Source of the DNA: Candidatus Multivorans sp.
GTDB lineage: Bacteria > Acidobacteriota > Thermoanaerobaculia > Multivoradales > Multivoraceae
NCBI GenBank assembly: GCA_965224025.1
Contig: OZ245033.1
Location: forward strand, 4,064,001-4,128,000
Reading direction: 5' to 3'
Length of the DNA stretch: 64,000 nucleotides
Part shown: piece after piece, positions 58,177-64,000 of the stretch
Position numbering within the stretch: position 1 is the stretch's first letter
Layout: every line of letters begins with the position of its first letter
Notes under the pieces: model-generated
The model's input: only the letters and a program-made list of their open reading frames with translations
Databases searched by the model: none
Told to the model about the DNA's origin: nothing
Made by a program: the position numbers and the translations under genes

Positions 58177-59255
58177 CCGCGCGCGCCAGCATCGTCGGCG
58201 GTTCCGGGTACGCCGGCGGCGAGTTGCTGCGTCTGCTGCTCGGGCACCCCGAATTCGAGGTCGCCCAAGTCACCTCGCGGCGGCTGGCGGGCGACTTCGT
58301 CCACTTCACGCACCCGAACCTTCGCGGCCACACCGATCTCCGATACTGCAGTCTCGACGAACTCGAGCGCTGCGACTTTCTCTTCCTCTGCGTGCCGCAT
58401 GGCAGCGCGGCCGGCGACATCGACTTCTACTCCGAACTCGCCCCACGGATCGTCGACCTGTCGGCCGACTTCCGGCTCCGCTCACCGTCGGCCTACGCCG
58501 ACTGGTACGGCGCTCCGCACCCCGCGCCCGAGTGGCTCGACCGCTTCGTCTACGGCCTGCCGGAGCTCGACCGCGACGGGGTCGCCGGCGCGTCCCACGC
58601 GAGCGGCGTCGGCTGCAACGCGACCGCCATCATGCTCGGCCTGCTGCCGCTGCTCGAACCCGAGCCCCTGGAACGAAACCTCGTCGACTGGCGCCGGGGC
58701 GTCGTCACCGAACTGAAAGTCGGCAGCAGCGAGGGCGGCGCGTCGTCGTCGGACGCCTCCCACCACCCCGAACGGTCCGGCGTCGTGCGTAGCTTCCGGC
58801 CCACCGGTCACCGCCACACCGCGGAGGTCGAACAGGCGCTGGCGGTGCGCGGCGTCGAGGCCGCCGGCCGCGTCCACCTGTCGGTCACGTCGGTCGAGAT
58901 GGTGCGCGGCGTCCTCGCCACCAGCCACCTGTTCCTGAATCAGCCCGACATCGGCAAGCCGACCGAACGGGACCTCTTCCGCACTTTCCGGCCGTTCTGC
59001 CGGCGGCAGCCGTTCGTTCGCCTGGTCAAGGATCGGCGCGGCATCCACCGCTACCCCGAACCGAAGATCCTCGCCGGCAGCAACCACGCCGAGGTCGGCT
59101 TCGACCTGGATCCCCGCACCGGACGCCTGGTCGTCATCTGCGCCATCGACAACCTGATGAAGGGCGCCGCCGGCAACGCGGTCCAGTGCGCGAACCTGAT
59201 GTGCGGATTCTCCGAGACCGAGGGCCTGGCCTTTCCTGGCCTGCATCCGGTGTAG
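58173..59255 (+). CDS. lysY: LysW-aminoadipyl-phosphate reductase (ArgC-like)
   Basis: [20 protein letters not shown] and [10 protein letters not shown]. Confidence 0.9.
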   Translation: MTARASIVGGSGYAGGELLRLLLGHPEFEVAQVTSRRLAGDFVHFTHPNLRGHTDLRYCSLDELERCDFLFLCVPHGSAAGDIDFYSELAPRIVDLSADFRLRSPSAYADWYGAPHPAPEWLDRFVYGLPELDRDGVAGASHASGVGCNATAIMLGLLPLLEPEPLERNLVDWRRGVVTELKVGSSEGGASSSDASHHPERSGVVRSFRPTGHRHTAEVEQALAVRGVEAAGRVHLSVTSVEMVRGVLATSHLFLNQPDIGKPTERDLFRTFRPFCRRQPFVRLVKDRRGIHRYPEPKILAGSNHAEVGFDLDPRTGRLVVICAIDNLMKGAAGNAVQCANLMCGFSETEGLAFPGLHPV

Positions 59256-59265
59256 GCGGCAGCTC

Positions 59266-60192
59266 GTGCCCGAATCCCGCCCGACCGACGCTCCTCCCGG
59301 CCTTTGCCAGACCGGCCCCGCCCCGCTGGTCATCAAGGCCGGCGGCGGCAAGTCGCTGGACCTCGACGCGATCGCCGCCGACGTCTGCGAACTGTCGAAC
59401 TCCGGCCACGCGGTGGTTCTCGTGCACGGCGGCGCCGAGACGACCAACGAGGTCGCCGAGCAGTTGGGGCATCCGCCGCGGTTCGTGACCAGCGAGAGCG
59501 GCTACAGCAGCCGCCGCACCGACCGGCGCACGCTCGAGATCTTCGAGATGGTCTACTGCGGGCTGCTGAACAAGCGCTGGGTGGAGCTGCTGCAGCGTCA
59601 GGGCATCCGCGCGGTCGGGCTGAGCGGCCTCGACGGCCGCCTGTTCGAGGGCCGGCGCAAGGACAAGCTCCGCATCCGGCTCGGCGCCCGCCGTCTCGTG
59701 CTGCGCGACGACTGGACGGGCACGGTCGACCGGGTCAACGCGGACCTGCTGCGTCTGCTGCTCGGCGGCGGCTACCTGCCCGTACTGACCCCGCCGGGGG
59801 CGTCCTACGACGGAGAGGCGGTCAACGTCGACGGCGACCGCGCGGCCGCCGCCGTGGCCGCGGCCCTGGGTGCAAAGGCGTTGGTCTACCTGTCCGGCGC
59901 CCCGGGCCTGCTCGCCGACTTTCCCGACGAGGCCTCGCTGATCTCGCGCCTCGACGTCGCTCGCGACGACCTGACCGGCCCTGAAGCCCATGCCGGGCTC
60001 GAACCGCTGATGGAGGCGGCCCAGGACCGGATGAAGAAGAAGGTGCTGGGCGCCGCGGAAGCGCTGCGCGGGGGCCTGGAGCGAGTGATCTTCGCCGACG
60101 GACGCACCGGGCGTCCCGTCCAGGCCGCCCTCGACGGCGCCGGCACCCACGTCGTCGTCAGGCCGGCGAATCGGGAGGAGTACACGTCATGA
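59266..60192 (+). CDS. lysZ: LysW-aminoadipate kinase (ArgB-like)
   Basis: VIKAGG, VHGG, NVDGDRAAA and MKKK. Confidence 0.9.
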   Translation: MPESRPTDAPPGLCQTGPAPLVIKAGGGKSLDLDAIAADVCELSNSGHAVVLVHGGAETTNEVAEQLGHPPRFVTSESGYSSRRTDRRTLEIFEMVYCGLLNKRWVELLQRQGIRAVGLSGLDGRLFEGRRKDKLRIRLGARRLVLRDDWTGTVDRVNADLLRLLLGGGYLPVLTPPGASYDGEAVNVDGDRAAAAVAAALGAKALVYLSGAPGLLADFPDEASLISRLDVARDDLTGPEAHAGLEPLMEAAQDRMKKKVLGAAEALRGGLERVIFADGRTGRPVQAALDGAGTHVVVRPANREEYTS

Positions 60193-61382
60193 GTACCGAG
60201 GCCATGCAGAACATCGCAGGCGCCGAGGATCGACGCCTCGGCACCTGGGCGCCGCGCAAGTCGACACAGTCGATCGTCCGCGGCGAGGGCTGCGAACTGA
60301 TCGCGGAGAACGGCCACCGCTACCTCGACCTGACCGCCGGCTACGGCGTCTGCTGCCTCGGCTACAACCATCCGGCGATGGTCCAGGCATTGACGGCGCA
60401 GGCGGAGCGGCTCACCTACTGTCCGATGAACATGCCCAGCCGGGACCGGGCCGGGTACGTCGAGGCGCTGGCGAACGTACTCCCCGATTCCCTGGACCGG
60501 GTCTTCCTGTGCAACAGCGGCACGGAGGCGGTCGAGGGCGCGCTCAAGTTCGCCGCCCTGGTCACCGGGCGCAGCCGCACCGTCGCGCTTCGGAACAGCT
60601 TCCACGGCCGCACCCTGGGTGCGCAGGCGACGATGTGGAACCCCACCGCCCGCAAGCCCTACACCGGTCTGCTCCACGACAACGTCTTCGTCCAGCCTGA
60701 AGTCGAGGCGATCTACGAGGCGGTCGACGGGGAAACCGCGGCGCTGATCCTCGAACCGGTCCAGGGCGAGGGCGGGGTCAACGTGTTGAGCGACGACGTG
60801 CTCCACGCGGCGCGTCATGCCTGCGACCGGCACGGGGCGCTCCTCATCCTCGACGAGGTGCAGACCGGCTTCGGGCGTTGCGGAAGCTGGTTCGCCCACC
60901 AACAGACGCCCGGACTGGAACCGGACCTGATGCCGCTCGCCAAGGGCATCGGCGGCGGCTTCCCGCTCGGGGCGATCGCCTACGGCGAGCGCGTCGCGGC
61001 CACGCTCCGACCCGGTTGCCACGGCTCGACGTACGGCGGCAATCCGCTCGCCTGCGCCGCCGGTCTGGCCGTGATCCAAACCATGAAGGCACTGGACCTG
61101 CCGGCGAGAGCGGCGACGGTCGGCGCCCGCTTCCTCGACTCGCTGCACGACCGGCTGGCTGCGAACCCGCGGGTGCGGGAGGTGCGCGGCCGCGGCCTGA
61201 TGCTGGGCGTCGTCCTGCGCCAGCGCGCCGGCCGCCACCTCGCCCGCCTGACGTCGGAACACCGGATCCTGGCCCTGCCCGCCGGACGTAACGTGATCCG
61301 GATGCTGCCGCCGCTGATCGTCCGCGACGACGAACTGGAGCGCGCCGCCGACGCCCTGGACGCCGTCCTGCGGGAAGAATGA
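60189..61382 (+). CDS. lysJ: LysW-aminoadipate semialdehyde transaminase (ArgD-like)
   Basis: NSGTEAVE, FHGRT, EPVQGEGG, DEVQTG and AKGIGGG. Confidence 0.88.
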   Translation: MSTEAMQNIAGAEDRRLGTWAPRKSTQSIVRGEGCELIAENGHRYLDLTAGYGVCCLGYNHPAMVQALTAQAERLTYCPMNMPSRDRAGYVEALANVLPDSLDRVFLCNSGTEAVEGALKFAALVTGRSRTVALRNSFHGRTLGAQATMWNPTARKPYTGLLHDNVFVQPEVEAIYEAVDGETAALILEPVQGEGGVNVLSDDVLHAARHACDRHGALLILDEVQTGFGRCGSWFAHQQTPGLEPDLMPLAKGIGGGFPLGAIAYGERVAATLRPGCHGSTYGGNPLACAAGLAVIQTMKALDLPARAATVGARFLDSLHDRLAANPRVREVRGRGLMLGVVLRQRAGRHLARLTSEHRILALPAGRNVIRMLPPLIVRDDELERAADALDAVLREE

Positions 61383-62632
61383 CGATGGACACTGGCAGCA
61401 CCGGCCGGCGCAACGCCCCCCGCGACCGGGCCGAGATCGAACTCGTGCGCGGCCTCGTCGAGGTGCCGTCGCTCTCCCGCCATGAGGCAGCCGCCAGCGG
61501 CTGGCTGGCGTCCGAGATGGACGCTCGCGGCCTTGAGCGCTGTCAGGTCGACGGCGCGCTCAACGCGGTCGGCGAACTCGGCGAACCGGACGCCTCCCGC
61601 CTGGTCGTTCTGCTCGGACACATCGACACCGTACCGGGGAACATTCCGGTGCGGATCGAGGACGACGGATCGACCCACGGCATCCTTCACGGCCGTGGTT
61701 CGGTCGACGCCAAGGGACCGCTCGCGTCCTTCGTCGCGGCGGCCGCCCGACTCGGCAGCGACTGGGCGCGCGCGCACGACCTGCGGTTGATCGTCGCCGG
61801 GGCGACGGAGGAAGAGGCGGCCAGCTCCCGGGGTGCACACCATCTGCTCAAGAGGCTGAACGGCCGCGACGAACCGATGCCCGACTTCTGCATCATCGGC
61901 GAGCCCAGCCACTGGCACCGGGTCACGCTCGGCTACAAGGGGCGCCTCCTGATCGACCTGCTGGCCCGGCGGCCCAGCAGCCACACCGCCGGTCCGGAGG
62001 CCGGCGTCGCCATCACCGCCTTCGACCTCTGGCGGCGCATGGAAGCTGTGGCCGAACGAAGCGGCGGCAGAACCTCCTTCGAGCGCGTGCTGCCCAGCCT
62101 GCGCTCGATCAACACGACAAGCGACGGCCTCTACGACACGGTCCGCGCCGACTACGGCCTGCGGCTGCCGGTCGACTTCGATGTCGGCGCCCTCATAGGC
62201 GAGCTCGGGAACTGGTTCGGCGACGCCGCGGCGGACATCCACGGGCCGCTGTTCTCGGACCTGGACCCGGTCCGCGCCACCGGCACCATCCGCCGCGAGC
62301 AGGGAGACGCCAGCCTGGAGCTGAGCCTGCGCGGCTATGAAGTGGGCGTCCGCGCCGACCGTCACTCCGCCCTGGTGCGAGCCTTCCTGGGCGCCATCCG
62401 CACCGTCGGCGGTCCAGGGACCGCGCCCAAGTTCGTCGCCAAGACCGGGACCTGCGACATGAACATCGTCTGGCCGGTGTGGCGATGCCCCATCGTGGCC
62501 TACGGCCCGGGAGACAGTACACTCGACCACACTCCGAACGAGCACCTGGAACTGGACGAGTACCTGTTGGCCGTCGATACCGTGGAACTTGCGCTGAGGA
62601 ACCTGGCCGCCTCTCCGGCAGTCACGAGCTGA
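61379..62632 (+). CDS. lysK: LysW-lysine hydrolase (M20 family)
   Basis: GHIDTVPG, GRGSVDAKG, EEE, GEPS, KTGTCDMN and YGPGDSTLDHTPNE. Confidence 0.9.
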   Translation: MTMDTGSTGRRNAPRDRAEIELVRGLVEVPSLSRHEAAASGWLASEMDARGLERCQVDGALNAVGELGEPDASRLVVLLGHIDTVPGNIPVRIEDDGSTHGILHGRGSVDAKGPLASFVAAAARLGSDWARAHDLRLIVAGATEEEAASSRGAHHLLKRLNGRDEPMPDFCIIGEPSHWHRVTLGYKGRLLIDLLARRPSSHTAGPEAGVAITAFDLWRRMEAVAERSGGRTSFERVLPSLRSINTTSDGLYDTVRADYGLRLPVDFDVGALIGELGNWFGDAAADIHGPLFSDLDPVRATGTIRREQGDASLELSLRGYEVGVRADRHSALVRAFLGAIRTVGGPGTAPKFVAKTGTCDMNIVWPVWRCPIVAYGPGDSTLDHTPNEHLELDEYLLAVDTVELALRNLAASPAVTS

Positions 62633-62636
62633 CTGC

Positions 62637-64000
62637 GTGGTTCCCCGTGCACCACGCGTCGATCTGATCGCTTTCGGCGTCAGCGCCGGGCTGATCGCCC
62701 TCGTCTGCATTCCGCTCGCGCTGTCGCCCCAGACGGGCGGCGCCCTGGTCGTCCGCGCCTACGAGGCGCTGACGGAGCGCTTCGGACTGCTCTACCAGTG
62801 GGCGACGCTTCTGGTCACGGTGTTCCTGCTCTGGCTGGCCTTCAGCCGTCACGGAGCGAGACGGCTCGGGGACGAGGACAGCCGGCCGGACTTCAACATC
62901 TTCAGTTGGATGGCCATGCTGTTCTGCGCCGGCATCGGCGCCGGGCTGCTCTACTGGTCGACCATCGAGTGGGTCACCTACCTCGATGCGCCACCCTTCG
63001 GCCTGGCGCCCAACTCCACTGAGGCCATCGAGTGGGCGGCGACCTACGGCATCTTCCACTGGGGCATCTCGGCCTGGGCGCTGTACTGCTTCCCGGCAGT
63101 GGCGATCGCCATCCCCTACTACCGCCAGCACGCCCCGGCCCTGCGCCTGAGCACCGGCCTGCACGCCCTGATCGGCCGCGAGGGGTACGACCGCGCCCCC
63201 GCCCGCGTCGTCGACGTCCTGTTCATCCTCGCGCTCGTCGGCGGCACGGGGACGTCGCTCGGGCTCGGCACCCCGATGGTCGCCGCCTGCGTGAGCGAGG
63301 TCTTCGGCATCGAACAGAGCTTCGGACTCCAGGTCGGGATCCTCGTCGTCTGCGTCACTCTGTTCGCGGTCAGCGTCTACCTGGGACTCGAACGCGGCAT
63401 CAAACCCCTCTCCGACGGCTCCGTCATCGCGGCGATCGTCCTGCTGGCCTTCGTGCTGATGGTCGGCCCGACCAACTTCCTGCTGCGCACGGGCACGAAC
63501 TCGATCGGCCTGATGATCGAGAACTTCATCCGGCTCAACACATGGACCGACCCGGTGGCCAGGACGGGGTTCATCGAGGACATGACCGTCTTCTACTGGG
63601 CGTGGTGGATCGCCTACGGACCCTTCATGGGCCTCTTCGTGACCCGCATCTCGCGCGGCCGGACGGTGCGGCAGTTGATCTTCGGGATGCTGATCCTGGG
63701 TACCCTGGGCTGCGCCGTCTTCTACGGCGTCCTTGGCAACTACAGCCTGCACCTGGACCTGTCGGGGGCTCTACCGGTGCGCGAGATCGCCCAGGCTGCA
63801 GGAAACGAGAACGCGATCGCACAGACGATCGGCTTCCTGCCGCTCGGTACCGCGGCGCTCGCGATCTTCGCGCTCGTGGCCATCGTCTTCATCGCCACGA
63901 CCTACGACTCCGCTTCCTACTGCTTGGCCGCGTCGGCGACCCGCAACCTGACGGAAGGCACCCATCCCGCCCGCTGGCACCGCCTGTTCTGGGCCGTTGC
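62637..64000 (+). CDS. BCCT family transporter, 3'-truncated by the window edge
   Basis: SWMAMLFCAGIG, FHWG..AW..Y and TVFYWAWW..YGPFMGLFVTRISRGRTVRQ. It is not in the ORF track because there is no stop in the window. Confidence 0.9.
   Translation, partial: MVPRAPRVDLIAFGVSAGLIALVCIPLALSPQTGGALVVRAYEALTERFGLLYQWATLLVTVFLLWLAFSRHGARRLGDEDSRPDFNIFSWMAMLFCAGIGAGLLYWSTIEWVTYLDAPPFGLAPNSTEAIEWAATYGIFHWGISAWALYCFPAVAIAIPYYRQHAPALRLSTGLHALIGREGYDRAPARVVDVLFILALVGGTGTSLGLGTPMVAACVSEVFGIEQSFGLQVGILVVCVTLFAVSVYLGLERGIKPLSDGSVIAAIVLLAFVLMVGPTNFLLRTGTNSIGLMIENFIRLNTWTDPVARTGFIEDMTVFYWAWWIAYGPFMGLFVTRISRGRTVRQLIFGMLILGTLGCAVFYGVLGNYSLHLDLSGALPVREIAQAAGNENAIAQTIGFLPLGTAALAIFALVAIVFIATTYDSASYCLAASATRNLTEGTHPARWHRLFWAV

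Overview
High-GC bacterial chromosome segment, mostly genes on the + strand. The gene content (several Acidobacteria-type VWA proteins, a GWxTD-VWA protein, PQQ propellers, a DUF1552/DUF1592 pair, lpxD) suggests an Acidobacteriota-like diderm. That assignment is an inference. Intact genes include hflX, an RNase E/G, a stand-alone xanthine-dehydrogenase-family large subunit, a PQQ dehydrogenase/solute-binding protein/cytochrome c/dehydratase cluster, gloB, lpxD, tag, two intact toxin-antitoxin pairs (Xre-RES, VapBC) and a complete lysWXYZJK operon. I saw no rRNA, tRNA, CRISPR array or intact transposase. Main observations: (1) a ~490-bp unit at 18559-19047 with its own promoter and terminator, a 14-codon ORF behind a near-perfect Shine-Dalgarno, and a tandem 68-nt two-hairpin repeat showing compensatory base changes, which I could not assign to a known RNA family; (2) an unannotated Lys/Arg-rich leader ORF plus terminator in front of lysW; (3) a possibly lanthanide-dependent PQQ dehydrogenase cluster whose cytochrome has a CX3CH motif; (4) many gene remnants that keep both termini but have lost the middle; (5) a MITE-like 24-bp inverted repeat, a synonymously recoded duplicate of a gene's 3' end, and a 4 x 23-bp repeat array. 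All calls come from reading motifs by eye; no database searches were run.
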